Positions 36,064 through 46,338 of a DNA stretch of 64,000 nucleotides are shown here, piece by piece; positions within the stretch are counted from its first letter, which is position 1; the number at the start of each line of letters is the position of its first letter. The notes beneath the pieces are model-generated. The model did not search any database and had not been told where the DNA came from. It was given only the letters and a program-made list of their open reading frames with translations. A program made the translations under genes and the position numbers. The stretch is taken from NCBI GenBank assembly GCA_036677065.1, contig JAKFBS010000003.1, positions 160,001-224,000 on the forward strand. Reading direction: 5' to 3'. The stretch is from Bdellovibrio sp. (lineage in GTDB: Bacteria; Bdellovibrionota; Bdellovibrionia; Bdellovibrionales; Bdellovibrionaceae).

Positions 36064-37575
36064 TTACTTCATACACGTGCTAACGCAACTTTGATATGCC
36101 ATCTGAATTTTTGGCGATAAACACTCGGCCGTACCTTTGTGACGTAAAATACCGTAAGTCGAACTAGGCGTTGCTACGTTTTTGCCACCAAAGTAAGCTT
36201 GGCAAGCTGCTTTTGCGATTCCCATAAATGCCGTCGTCATTTTCGTAGATTCACGTAAGTAATCTTTAGCGATGTATCTGTTAAGACCAATACCATTTTT
36301 TGATGGTGAACTTTGGCTGACAACGAAATCCCAGTAAGTCGTAGACAATGAATTACACTGTGTCGCTGATGTTAAACGTTTTAAACCGAACGGATCGGCG
36401 CCAATTTTATCAACTAAAACAACGTGACCGTTAACACCTACAATGTCTCCTGGAAGAATCGAAGTTGTAGGCGTTGTTGTTACGTTATTAAAGCATGTAA
36501 AACCTGAGCTTGATGCACTAATAAATTTCGATGAGTTTTGACGGGTATAAACCGCTTTGTTTTCAACACCTGGTTTATAGCGTAAACCACCAGCTGCAAT
36601 TGAAGCTGAAACGTAAGCCGAACAATCGATACCTAAAGCAGAAGTTCCCGAACCGGCATTTTTAGAAAAATCTAAAATGTTATTGGCGATCGCGGCTTGT
36701 CCACCGTAATCATAAATTAATGGATTGCTTCTAACATTGAAACAACCAGACTGCGCACCGCCGGCAACCTTAATATAAGGATGGGTGTTTTGCACCGAGC
36801 TTAAACTAGATACGCGACGTAAACCGCCGACGCCATCAGTGTGTGTGCCGTAGCGTTCGATACCCTGAACATCAGCAGTGGCTGCTGAAACTTCAGGAAT
36901 CTCTAATACCGCACAGCTTTGATAAGCTGTTGCTAATACGTTGTGTGAACCGACTAAAACATTTTTTTGCCCGACAGCTGGTGGCGCATCAGTGATCGTT
37001 CCTGGGTCAGATGTGCCGCCGCCAGTAGTAGGCTCAGAAGGTTCATTAGTTACTGGATCATTTGGTTCTTCAGTTTCGCCGGTGCCGGCGCCACATTGAA
37101 CATCTAATTCTTTTACAGCTTGATCAACTTTAGCAAATGACTTTGAAGCCACCTGATTTAACTGAACGTTTTCTGGAGTCGAAACGTCTTCCATTTCCAT
37201 TTCGATAATGGTTTGTAAATGTTCTTTTGCAGTTGTTGTTTGTTTTAATTCTGCAGCTTTTTCGATTAACACTTTATACAGATCAGAAATATTTAATTTT
37301 AAATTTGCAACCGCTTCTGGGTTATCAATTTTTTGCGCTAACACAATCGCGTCGATTTTTTCACTTAATGAAGAAGAAAAATCAGCTAAGGCAGGAGCTT
37401 CTTGTTCGTTATCTAAGTAGTCATACATTGAATCGTAGACTTTACTTTTGAAGCTGTCGCAACCGATCGCTTCGGCGGCCTTTTGGCTTGACTCGACTAT
37501 CCTAGGCTTGTTGTTCATGCAACCAACCGAGAGTGCGATTGATGCTAGTAAAAGTGATTTAGAAAATATTTTCAT
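36064..37575 (-). CDS. Lipoprotein with a C-terminal NlpC/P60-like (papain-fold) domain
   Basis: Lipobox LSVGC; YDYGG...GIDCSAYVS...PGDIV...GHVVLV; SD AGAGGA before ATG at 37575. Confidence 0.75.
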   Translation of the reverse strand: MKIFSKSLLLASIALSVGCMNNKPRIVESSQKAAEAIGCDSFKSKVYDSMYDYLDNEQEAPALADFSSSLSEKIDAIVLAQKIDNPEAVANLKLNISDLYKVLIEKAAELKQTTTAKEHLQTIIEMEMEDVSTPENVQLNQVASKSFAKVDQAVKELDVQCGAGTGETEEPNDPVTNEPSEPTTGGGTSDPGTITDAPPAVGQKNVLVGSHNVLATAYQSCAVLEIPEVSAATADVQGIERYGTHTDGVGGLRRVSSLSSVQNTHPYIKVAGGAQSGCFNVRSNPLIYDYGGQAAIANNILDFSKNAGSGTSALGIDCSAYVSASIAAGGLRYKPGVENKAVYTRQNSSKFISASSSGFTCFNNVTTTPTTSILPGDIVGVNGHVVLVDKIGADPFGLKRLTSATQCNSLSTTYWDFVVSQSSPSKNGIGLNRYIAKDYLRESTKMTTAFMGIAKAACQAYFGGKNVATPSSTYGILRHKGTAECLSPKIQMAYQSCVSTCMK

Positions 37576-37601
37576 GTTGAGTCCTCTTTTTTGCAAAGGC
37601 T

Positions 37602-37629
37602 CTATCGGCGCGGTTTTGCAGCAACGTTA
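37602..37629 (-). promoter_or_regulatory. Sigma28 (FliA)-like promoter
   Basis: Minus strand TAAC-N16-GCCGATAG just upstream of the lipoprotein gene. Confidence 0.6.
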
Positions 37630-37735
37630 GAGACGTAGAAATTGTAGAAAAATTGGACACGAACCTGCGAAATTCAGGTTAGAAACAAGAATGAATTGCC
37701 TATGAATTGTCTATGATTTTTACAGGACTAACGTC

Positions 37736-38692
37736 CTAAGAGAGCTCGATCTTTGTCATGCAATCAGTGTGATCGCACGTCTCGGGATTGGTAACTTTTG
37801 GTAAATAAATATGAATGTTTTCTCCGCGTGGTGCCCAACGTATCGGGTGATGAACGCGAATATGCGAAAAAATCGCATGCACTTCTTTGTCTAAACTAGA
37901 AGCGATGTGCGCGACTCCTGTCGAGGGCGCAATTATTTTTTCAGAATAATTTAAAATTTCTAAAAGTTCGTTGAAATTTAATTTACTTTGCAGCCATTTA
38001 ACTTGGGGATGGTTTACGTAAACAGATTTTATTTCGTTCAAATAAGGTTCATCAGAATCTGTTCCGGTGATCACAATGATACGGTTTAATGAAATTTGTT
38101 TAGCAATATATTCAATGTACTTTTGTTGTGGCCAGTTTAGTGCTGAGCCCATCATTCCGGGGTGAACGACAATGTAATTTGGTTTAAGGCCAAATTTATC
38201 AAGCGTCGCTGTTGATTGCGGTTTTTTAAATTTAAAGAGAATTTTTTTCGGATCTTGCGTGATCGGGCCTGTGATTTTTTCGATCAGTTCAAGATTATAT
38301 TCAAACTCATGCTTAAGCGCACGCGAGCGTTTTTGCCGTACACCTTCGTTTAAGAATAGAAAACTGTGCCACTGGCTTAAAACTCCAATGCGGTGGCGAA
38401 TACGATGTTTAAATAACTCGTAATTAATCCACCAAGGGCATTGAAAGCTGACAGCGTAATCAAAATTATTTTTCGCTAAGAAGTCGGCAAAGATTTTTCG
38501 TGATTCTTCAGGTTTGGCTTTATCAAGTTCTATGTAGTTACGTTTTTTTTCGCCGAATTCAACTATGCGGCCCATGCCTTTTTGCACGACCCAAGTGATG
38601 TCATAGGCGCTCTGATCCAACACTTGATCTGTAGGTAATGTACAGATCAAGTCGCCGATTTTATCTAAGCGGATCAGAACGATTTTTTTCAC
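37736..38692 (-). CDS. Glycosyltransferase family 9 (heptosyltransferase-like)
   Basis: IRLDKIGDLI, VVHPG..GSA.NWP, STGVAHIA, RWAP; probable GTG start overlapping the gcvP stop (TAGTG). Confidence 0.9.
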   Translation of the reverse strand: MKKIVLIRLDKIGDLICTLPTDQVLDQSAYDITWVVQKGMGRIVEFGEKKRNYIELDKAKPEESRKIFADFLAKNNFDYAVSFQCPWWINYELFKHRIRHRIGVLSQWHSFLFLNEGVRQKRSRALKHEFEYNLELIEKITGPITQDPKKILFKFKKPQSTATLDKFGLKPNYIVVHPGMMGSALNWPQQKYIEYIAKQISLNRIIVITGTDSDEPYLNEIKSVYVNHPQVKWLQSKLNFNELLEILNYSEKIIAPSTGVAHIASSLDKEVHAIFSHIRVHHPIRWAPRGENIHIYLPKVTNPETCDHTDCMTKIELS

Positions 38693-41547
38693 TAAGTGTA
38701 TGAATCTAACGGCGGGCAAGAACACACGATGTTTTTATCGCCGTAAACGTTATCTACGCGGCCTACAGGTGGCCAGTACTTATTCGTTTTTACCCAAGAT
38801 GCAGGGTAAGCCGCAACTTCGCGTGTGTACTTATGGTTCCATTCAGTGGCTAAAAGTGTTTCAGCTGTGTGTGGCGCGTTTCTAATCACGTCAGGGCAGG
38901 CGTCAGCTTCTTTGCGAATCTGAATCATCGCTTCACAAAAACGATCAATTTCACGTTTTGATTCTGACTCGGTTGGTTCGATCATTAATGTGCCGATCAC
39001 TGGCCAAGACATTGTGGGCGCATGAAACCCGAAGTCCATTAAACGTTTTGCGATATCAGTCACATCAATCTCATGAGATTTTTTAAGCGGACGAATATCA
39101 ATAATACATTCATGTGCGACTAAACCTTCTTTACCTTTGTAAACGATCGGGTAGTGAGGCGCTAATTTCTTAGCGATGTAGTTCGCAGATAAGATCGAAG
39201 TCATTGTCGCTTGTTTTAAGCCTGCAGCGCCCATCATGGTGATGTAGCTCCAGCTGATTGGTAAAATCGAAGCTGAACCCCATGGTGCTGATGTTGTCGA
39301 ACCCACACCCGTTGCAGGGCCTGCTTCTTTAACAAGTGAATGTTTTGGTAAATACGGAGCTAAATGTGCGCCAACACCGATTGGGCCAACACCTGGCCCG
39401 CCACCACCGTGAGGAATCGCAAATGTTTTATGTAAATTCATGTGCGAAACATCTGGTCCGAATTTACCTGGTTGAGCCACGCCCACTAACGCATTTAAAT
39501 TGGCGCCATCCATGTAAACCTGGCCACCATTTTTGTGAATGATTTCGCAAATATCAGTGATCGCTTCTTCAAAGATTCCGTGAGTTGACGGGTAAGTCAC
39601 CATCATCGCGGCTAATTTATCTTTATGTAATTCAGCTTTGGTACGTAAGTCATTTAAATCAACGTTTCCGTTTTCGTCACATGCAGTAACCACAACTTGA
39701 AAGCCTGCAAGCACTGCCGATGCTGGGTTAGTGCCGTGTGCTGAAGATGGAATTAAACATATGTTTCTATGTAATTCATTTCTAGCTTTGAAGTATTCAC
39801 GAATGACAAGTAATCCAGTGTATTCACCTTGGGCGCCAGAGTTTGGTTGTAGTGAAACAGCAGCAAAGCCCGTGATGGCGCAAAGTTTTTGTTCAAGATC
39901 TTTAATTAGTTTTTGGTAACCCAGCGTTTGATTGCTTGGAACAAACGGATGCATTTTGCTAATTTCAGGCCAAGAAACCGGAATAAGTTCAGTGGCCGCA
40001 TTTAATTTCATCGTGCAAGATCCAAGTGGAATCATTGAATGAGTTAAAGTGATGTCTTTATTTTGCAATTGGTAAATGTATCGCATTAACTCTGTTTCAG
40101 AGTGATATCTATTGAATGTCGCATGAGTCATGAAATCAGTGGTACGAATAAATTCTTTGTTCCATTGATTTTTTAATCCCGCTTCAAGATCAGCAAGTTT
40201 AAATGATAAAGCTTGGCCATTGTTGAAAGCTATTAATAAATCTTCAACTAATTTGTGGTTACAAGTTTCGTTAATAGAAAAACCCACGCCGTCATTGTAA
40301 ACACGCACGTTGATTTCTAATTTTTCTGCCGCAGTTACAATCGCTGCTGTTTTATCAGTTTTAATTTTTACAGTGTCAAAAAATTGTGTCGTCGTAGTTT
40401 TAAAACCTAATTTTTCTAAACCAGCTACAGCTAATTGAGTTAAGCGGTGAGTGCGTAATGCGATTTTCTTTAAACCTTGTGGGCCATGATAAATACCGTA
40501 CATCGCTGCAATGTTGGCTAATAGCACTTGCGCGGTACAAATGTTTGAAGTCGCTTTTTCACGACGAATATGTTGTTCACGAGTTTGTAAAGTTAAGCGT
40601 AAGGCTTTTTTACCATGGCTATCAACTGACACGCCGACTAAGCGTCCTGGTAATGAACGTTTGTAAGTGTCTTTCGTCGCCAAATACGCAGCGTGAGGGC
40701 CACCAAAGCCCAATGGTACGCCGAAACGTTGCGAGTTACCCACAACGATATCCGCACCCCATTCACCCGGAGGAGTTAATAGCGTTAGTGCTAGTAAATC
40801 AACCGAAGCAATGGCAAGTGCTCCGTGATCATGAAGTTTCGCCGTAATCGCTTTGTAATCTTCAATCGTACCTTCAGTTGTCGGGTATTGAAAAATCGCT
40901 GCAAAGATTTCTTTTTTGAAATCGTAAGTCGAAGGATCAGTAATGATCATTTCTAAGTTTAACGGCTCAGCGCGGGTTTTTAAAACTTCAATTACATGCG
41001 GGTGGGCTTGGGGGTGAACCACAAACGCATTGCAGTCTTTTTTCTTACACAATGAATGTGCCATCATTAGTGCTTCAGCAGCGGCTGTGCCTTCATCTAA
41101 TAACGATGCATTTGAAATTTCCATTCCAGTAAGGTCAGCAATCATTGTTTGAAAGTTTAATAAACTTTCTAAACGGCCTTGCGAAATTTCTGGTTGGTAA
41201 GGTGTGTAAGCCGTGTACCACACTGGATTTTCAAACACGTTACGTAAAATCGGAGACGGCGTGATCGTATCGTGAAATCCCATGCCGATAAGGGTTCTGA
41301 AAACTTTATTTTCAGAAACTGTTTTTTTAAGCTGGTTTAAAATTTCAAATTCAGAAATTCCATCGCCGACGTTTAATTTTTCGTTTGAAAAAATAGTTTT
41401 AGGTACAACCTTGGTCATCAGTTCATCGAAGTTTGTGAAACCAAGAGTGCTCAACATTTCTTGTTGATCTGCGGGTGTGGGTCCGATGTGACGGCCAGTA
41501 AATTCCGAGTTCGTGTGAAGGGTAGAAAGTGACGTATTTAAATCCAT
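38692..41547 (-). CDS. gcvP: Glycine dehydrogenase (decarboxylating), P protein
   Basis: RHIGP, YTPYQPEISQGRLE, SHMNLHKTFAIPHGGGGPG, MIEPTESE, RVDNVYGD. Confidence 0.98.
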   Translation of the reverse strand: MDLNTSLSTLHTNSEFTGRHIGPTPADQQEMLSTLGFTNFDELMTKVVPKTIFSNEKLNVGDGISEFEILNQLKKTVSENKVFRTLIGMGFHDTITPSPILRNVFENPVWYTAYTPYQPEISQGRLESLLNFQTMIADLTGMEISNASLLDEGTAAAEALMMAHSLCKKKDCNAFVVHPQAHPHVIEVLKTRAEPLNLEMIITDPSTYDFKKEIFAAIFQYPTTEGTIEDYKAITAKLHDHGALAIASVDLLALTLLTPPGEWGADIVVGNSQRFGVPLGFGGPHAAYLATKDTYKRSLPGRLVGVSVDSHGKKALRLTLQTREQHIRREKATSNICTAQVLLANIAAMYGIYHGPQGLKKIALRTHRLTQLAVAGLEKLGFKTTTTQFFDTVKIKTDKTAAIVTAAEKLEINVRVYNDGVGFSINETCNHKLVEDLLIAFNNGQALSFKLADLEAGLKNQWNKEFIRTTDFMTHATFNRYHSETELMRYIYQLQNKDITLTHSMIPLGSCTMKLNAATELIPVSWPEISKMHPFVPSNQTLGYQKLIKDLEQKLCAITGFAAVSLQPNSGAQGEYTGLLVIREYFKARNELHRNICLIPSSAHGTNPASAVLAGFQVVVTACDENGNVDLNDLRTKAELHKDKLAAMMVTYPSTHGIFEEAITDICEIIHKNGGQVYMDGANLNALVGVAQPGKFGPDVSHMNLHKTFAIPHGGGGPGVGPIGVGAHLAPYLPKHSLVKEAGPATGVGSTTSAPWGSASILPISWSYITMMGAAGLKQATMTSILSANYIAKKLAPHYPIVYKGKEGLVAHECIIDIRPLKKSHEIDVTDIAKRLMDFGFHAPTMSWPVIGTLMIEPTESESKREIDRFCEAMIQIRKEADACPDVIRNAPHTAETLLATEWNHKYTREVAAYPASWVKTNKYWPPVGRVDNVYGDKNIVCSCPPLDSYT

Positions 41548-41665
41548 GTATATCCCCGTATGTAATTGTTCGAAAACACGCTATCACGGGGGGGTTGAGG
41601 GCACAATGATCTACACGGAGCGCTTGCGCTCTATAGCTAAGTGCTTATTTTGTGGTCTATCTTGA

Positions 41666-42922
41666 TTAGTAGCCTAAAGCCATGTCACTAATGCACTTTG
41701 TATTCGCTCCGCCGCGAATAAAAGGCAGGTTATTGCTCGCTTGGCGAGTTAGTTCTAAGCCTGTCGTTTGGGCATTGGTGAAACTTACGCTGAACTTTTC
41801 GATATTATAGCCATAATTGTTTGTTGTTTGATTTACAACGCCTGGGTCTCCAGCTGTTGCGACATAAAGTGATTGCGTGTCACTATCGTAAGCCATCGCC
41901 GAGACACCGAACAAATAAGTCGGGTTGTCATAAAGTACGACTGGATTAGATAACGTACCTGCCGTTGAAGATGTTTCGGTAACATCCCATGAAACAATCC
42001 CATGGTTTAAATTATAAGTGCCTGCAGCGCTATTGCTGGTCTGACCATTAGAATAACTAACAATAAGTTTTGCCGTCACAGATCCGCTAACAAAAGGAAT
42101 CAACAGCATAGAAGTCGGCGAGGTTCCGGCGGCATTAAAAGCCACGGTATTTACGGCAAGATTTGCAGCTTTAGTGTGAGTTACTGATGAAATTTGAACT
42201 CCATTTAAACAGTCGCCTGCAGCGAAATATCCAGTTCCTGAAATTAATCCTATTCGATTAAGAGCTGCTGTCGCTCCTTGGTGTGCGAATACAATTTTTC
42301 CGGGTACTCCAGCTGAAACCGGAGGAAGAGTAACTACAGAACTCATAGCGGTTGTCGCTGTGGCGCAGGTGCCTCCGGGCGCATTGATCCAGGGCGCGGC
42401 TCCGGCCAGTACGCGTGTTTGATTGGCTCCAACTTTTTCGATAGCCGTGGATTTGCCAACAATAAGGCTGCCTTCGGAATCCATGGCCATTCCTCTTAAG
42501 ACGCCGCTGAGTGCTGTGGCGTTGGCATAATAATTAGTGAATGAAAGAGGGTCAGTTTTAGGAACTTTAATAATCCGACGTTCAGAGGCTGTCGCATGTT
42601 CATTAAGAATTAAGAGGTGAGTGCCGCTATCGACCAGAGTGCGCGGGTGTGTGGCCGTGGTAAATAGACCAAAGATATTATAATCTAGTAGGTATCCTAA
42701 ATTTACACCGTTTGAAGATAAGTATCTTTCTACTGTACGCGTTGCTGTCGTTGTGTAGGTTGTAATGCCTTGTCCGGAATTACATGAGCCAGTTGAAACA
42801 TATAAAATTTTAGAATTAGTTGCGGCTAAGATTTCGTCAGCGCTTTTTTCGCAGGCCGAAAAGGCCACCAGTGATATCAGTGCTAAACTGCGAATATTAT
42901 TTAATTTAAACTGCTTTGCCAT
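41666..42922 (-). CDS. Thr/Ala-rich lipoprotein, probably beta-propeller-like
   Basis: Lipobox FSAC; repeated beta-rich segments (LYVSTG, LYVATA). Confidence 0.75.
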   Translation of the reverse strand: MAKQFKLNNIRSLALISLVAFSACEKSADEILAATNSKILYVSTGSCNSGQGITTYTTTATRTVERYLSSNGVNLGYLLDYNIFGLFTTATHPRTLVDSGTHLLILNEHATASERRIIKVPKTDPLSFTNYYANATALSGVLRGMAMDSEGSLIVGKSTAIEKVGANQTRVLAGAAPWINAPGGTCATATTAMSSVVTLPPVSAGVPGKIVFAHQGATAALNRIGLISGTGYFAAGDCLNGVQISSVTHTKAANLAVNTVAFNAAGTSPTSMLLIPFVSGSVTAKLIVSYSNGQTSNSAAGTYNLNHGIVSWDVTETSSTAGTLSNPVVLYDNPTYLFGVSAMAYDSDTQSLYVATAGDPGVVNQTTNNYGYNIEKFSVSFTNAQTTGLELTRQASNNLPFIRGGANTKCISDMALGY

Positions 42923-43012
42923 GAAAGCTCCATTTCATGGCAGTTGGATCGACATAATAGTAAATTGACTGGAGCTTTTCAGGACCAAATCTTTACAATT
43001 TCTACTTAGGTC

Positions 43013-43450
43013 TTAAGACTTTTTGCGAGCTGAAGTTTTTTTCTTCGCTTTACGCACTGTAGGTCTAGCTTTTGATTTAGCTGCACCCTTAGCTTTGCTG
43101 ACTTTTTTAGTTTTTACGCCGTATTCAGAAGCTTTGGCTTTGATCGCTTTTTCGATTTTTGATCTTTGCGCTTCAGCTTTCTTTTTGTAAGCCGCTAAGT
43201 TTTTTTCAACATCAGTTGCCGAACGTTTTACTTGAGCGACAACTTTATGAACTTCTCTTTGTAGTTCGTTTTCAGCGGCTACAACTTTTTTAGCTAAGTC
43301 TTTGTATTTTTTTACTGCTTTATCTGCAGAGATCTTTTGGATCTTTGTTTGTAAATCATGAGTGACCGCTTGCACGTCAGCGATGACTTTTTTTACACCT
43401 TTTTGTTCAGAAAGTTTTTGTACGATTTTTTGGATATTTGTTAAAGCCAT
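43013..43450 (-). CDS. Basic helical protein with a Lys-rich C-terminal tail
   Basis: SD AAGGAG; amphipathic helices followed by KKVSKAKGAAKSKARPTVRKAKKK. Confidence 0.8.
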   Translation of the reverse strand: MALTNIQKIVQKLSEQKGVKKVIADVQAVTHDLQTKIQKISADKAVKKYKDLAKKVVAAENELQREVHKVVAQVKRSATDVEKNLAAYKKKAEAQRSKIEKAIKAKASEYGVKTKKVSKAKGAAKSKARPTVRKAKKKTSARKKS

Positions 43451-43511
43451 AAAAGTCTCCTTAAAGAGTTACTCGTTATATAGTCTTATCCTAACTTAAA
43501 TACAAAAACAT

Positions 43512-44831
43512 TTACAGAGTAAAGTTAAAATTCTTAATCAACGCACCCGGAGTCTTGAACGCACCAAGATCCCGCTTCAAGTAAGTCATCGTGCTGACGT
43601 AAACTGAAGACTCTTTCGTAAGTTCAACCAAGTTGTCTCCGAAGATATTAAAAATCGACTCGTCGAAGCGTAAGTCTTGAATAGGACCAACGATTTCGCC
43701 TTTATCTACGTAAAAGCATGCAAAGCGAGTCATACCTGTCATGCGCGCAGTCTGCACGTCTGAGTAGTTGATGTAATGTAAGTTTGAAAGATAGAGTCCT
43801 TGACCTAATTTTGACAAAATATCTTTTGTTTCTAGAGTGCCGGCTCTAACTTCTAGACTACGCGGAGCTTCAGAAATGTCTGCAAAGTTTGTTTCAATAT
43901 TGTACTCTTTGGCAGTTGAAGTGCTGGTTAACATCGTTTTTAATTCGCCATCTTTGATCAATTCAATTTTATTCGGACTTAACTCGCCCATTGAATTGAA
44001 CAGCGGAGAATATCCTAAATCAAAATTTTCAGTTAAAGAAAACTTCGAAGATAATTTAACTTCTTTATCTTTTAATTTTTTTAACGGGGCATAACCTTTG
44101 TTAAATGTTCCCTGACTTAATGAGCCCCAGGCTAATGTTCCCATAATTTCTGCCATAGCCATTGGTTCAAGATAAACATTATGTTGGCCGCGCGGAATGG
44201 TTTGCGTCGGGCGGTTTAATAAGTTTAATTTATTTTTTGTCGCTTGGGCTTGCGCTTCAAATTCAGCCATCGAGAATTTCTCGGCTGAATAATAGCCTTT
44301 AGCGGCCTTCGGGCCATTATATAACGAATAATCTAAAAAGAAATAATCTGTTTCAAAAAAATGAAATTGGCCTTCAGAATTGATCGAAGCCTGGCGTAAC
44401 GGGCCTGAACACCAAAAACCGGCAAGGTCAGTGTCTTTGTAAGTGTCATAGATTAACCCTGGAATTTCAGAATCAGCCGGGCGATCTACTTTTTTGAAAG
44501 TTTCAGATTGGCCGTTGTTTTTTAGTGCAATAAATTGCGGATGTGGATCCATCTGCATTAACTGCACACGGGCATCATCAAGTAAATGAGTGGCACTTTG
44601 TAAATCGTGAGTTAGATCTAACGTTAAATTAAAGCGCATTTTTAAAGTGCGTTGTTCTTTGTTAAACTGCAAAGTCACTTCGTGCTGGTGCACCGAAGTG
44701 TTTTGGCGCACTTTACTTTGTGAAAAGCGTAAAAACGTCGAGTCTTCAGAATGCAGAAACAAACCCAGTTGTTCTTGTGGTTTTAAAGTTGCAAATAAGC
44801 TTTCAGAGAATTTTTTAATATAAGTCTTCAT
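43512..44831 (-). CDS. TldE/PmbA family protein
   Basis: FLRFSQSKVRQ, VYLEPMA, TGMTR, GPIQDLRF; adjacent to TldD. Confidence 0.88.
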   Translation of the reverse strand: MKTYIKKFSESLFATLKPQEQLGLFLHSEDSTFLRFSQSKVRQNTSVHQHEVTLQFNKEQRTLKMRFNLTLDLTHDLQSATHLLDDARVQLMQMDPHPQFIALKNNGQSETFKKVDRPADSEIPGLIYDTYKDTDLAGFWCSGPLRQASINSEGQFHFFETDYFFLDYSLYNGPKAAKGYYSAEKFSMAEFEAQAQATKNKLNLLNRPTQTIPRGQHNVYLEPMAMAEIMGTLAWGSLSQGTFNKGYAPLKKLKDKEVKLSSKFSLTENFDLGYSPLFNSMGELSPNKIELIKDGELKTMLTSTSTAKEYNIETNFADISEAPRSLEVRAGTLETKDILSKLGQGLYLSNLHYINYSDVQTARMTGMTRFACFYVDKGEIVGPIQDLRFDESIFNIFGDNLVELTKESSVYVSTMTYLKRDLGAFKTPGALIKNFNFTL

Positions 44832-44836
44832 AAATC

Positions 44837-46315
44837 TTAACCACCAAAAATTTCGATATTATTAAATAAAGCGTACGGCGATGAATGGCCTACGCGGATA
44901 ATCTGACTTGGTTCGCCTTTACCACAGTAAGGTGAGCCATAAGTTTCACAAGTGTCAGTATTAGTAAGGCCTGCAAGACTTTTCCAGAAAGGTACCGTGA
45001 TGCCGCGGTAATTTGGATTTTTTAAGGTGCCAACGATTTTACCGTTTTTAACTTGTTTAGCTAATTCACAACCAAATTGAAACTTACGACGGTAATCATC
45101 AATCGACCACGAACGATTGGCATACATGATCACGCCATTTTCCATTGAGCTGATCATTTGATCTAAAGTTTGTGATCCACCTTCAAGATTAATATTTGCC
45201 ATACGATCAATCGGGGCGCGATTCCAAGAACTAGAACGCGAATTAGCGACACCAGATAATTTACTTCTGAATTGGCTTTCTAAACTACCAAGCCCAGCTT
45301 GTAAGATACCATCTTTGATTAAATATTTTTTCTCGGCAGGGTTGCCGACTTCATCAAAAGCGTAACTGGCCATTTGATTTGAAGTGGCCGGGTCGAATAC
45401 CACATTCATCATTGGGCTTCCGTATTCTAATGAACCGAAATCTTGCGGTTGCACGAAACTCCAGCCAGCAAAATTACGTTCATCACCTAAGATGCGATCT
45501 AATTCTAACGGGTGACCAATCGATTCATGAATTTGTAATAACATTTGATCCGGAGCTAAAATCACATCACAAGTTTCAGTCGGGCAATTTGGCGCCGTTA
45601 ATAATTCTAAAGCTTCACGCGACGTCTGTTCGCAATCAGCCAAGGTATTATCTAAATTAAAAAATTCTGAGCCGATTTGTAAACAAATACCACGGCCACC
45701 ATGTAATGAACGAGTTTGTGTTTCAGTGCCATCTTGAGCGGTCGCAGAGAACGCGCTGACGATAATATTAAAATCTTGTTCAAAGTTTGCACCCTGCGAA
45801 GATAAATACTTTTGACGGCATTCAATCACCATAGCTTCAGCAGAAGCGGTAATGATTTTATCGCTGATTTTTAATTTCATTGAAGTCTTTTTTAAGAAAT
45901 CATAAATCTCTGCAGCTGATAGTTGATCTAAACCTGTTTGACGAGATGATTTAAATTGGCCCACTGATTTTGGGCGAACTGACATATCAAATTTAGCCAC
46001 CGGAAATTGACTGCTAATGCCAGTCATTTTTTCAGCCGTTGTAAAAGCGCGGGCAATACCATCGGTAGTTAATTCGCAAGTGGCGCCGTAACCAATGTGA
46101 CCATCTTTCATAATTTCAATTAATACACCGATGTCATGAAACGTGTGCATGATATCAGGGTTACCATTGCGCACAGTGAAATCACGTGTCGTTTCAGAAA
46201 TCATTTTAAACGCGACGAAATCGGCTTTGTTTTTATAATGATTAAATTGTTGTTCGAAAAAAGAATTGAATCTTTTTGGTAGTTCTTGAGAAAGAGATAG
46301 TGTTTGCATAGACAT
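44837..46315 (-). CDS. tldD: TldD family metalloprotease
   Basis: IHESIGHPLELDR, PIDRMANINL, SWSIDD, YCGKGEP.Q. Confidence 0.92.
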   Translation of the reverse strand: MSMQTLSLSQELPKRFNSFFEQQFNHYKNKADFVAFKMISETTRDFTVRNGNPDIMHTFHDIGVLIEIMKDGHIGYGATCELTTDGIARAFTTAEKMTGISSQFPVAKFDMSVRPKSVGQFKSSRQTGLDQLSAAEIYDFLKKTSMKLKISDKIITASAEAMVIECRQKYLSSQGANFEQDFNIIVSAFSATAQDGTETQTRSLHGGRGICLQIGSEFFNLDNTLADCEQTSREALELLTAPNCPTETCDVILAPDQMLLQIHESIGHPLELDRILGDERNFAGWSFVQPQDFGSLEYGSPMMNVVFDPATSNQMASYAFDEVGNPAEKKYLIKDGILQAGLGSLESQFRSKLSGVANSRSSSWNRAPIDRMANINLEGGSQTLDQMISSMENGVIMYANRSWSIDDYRRKFQFGCELAKQVKNGKIVGTLKNPNYRGITVPFWKSLAGLTNTDTCETYGSPYCGKGEPSQIIRVGHSSPYALFNNIEIFGG

Positions 46316-46338
46316 AATTTATAAGTCATCTTTTATCC

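Noticed and set aside
41548..41665. Glycine riboswitch upstream of gcvP (also checked upstream of gcvT)
   Set aside because: No GGAGA...CCGAAG...CTCTCAGG aptamer core on the minus strand; the gcvT upstream gap is also too short.
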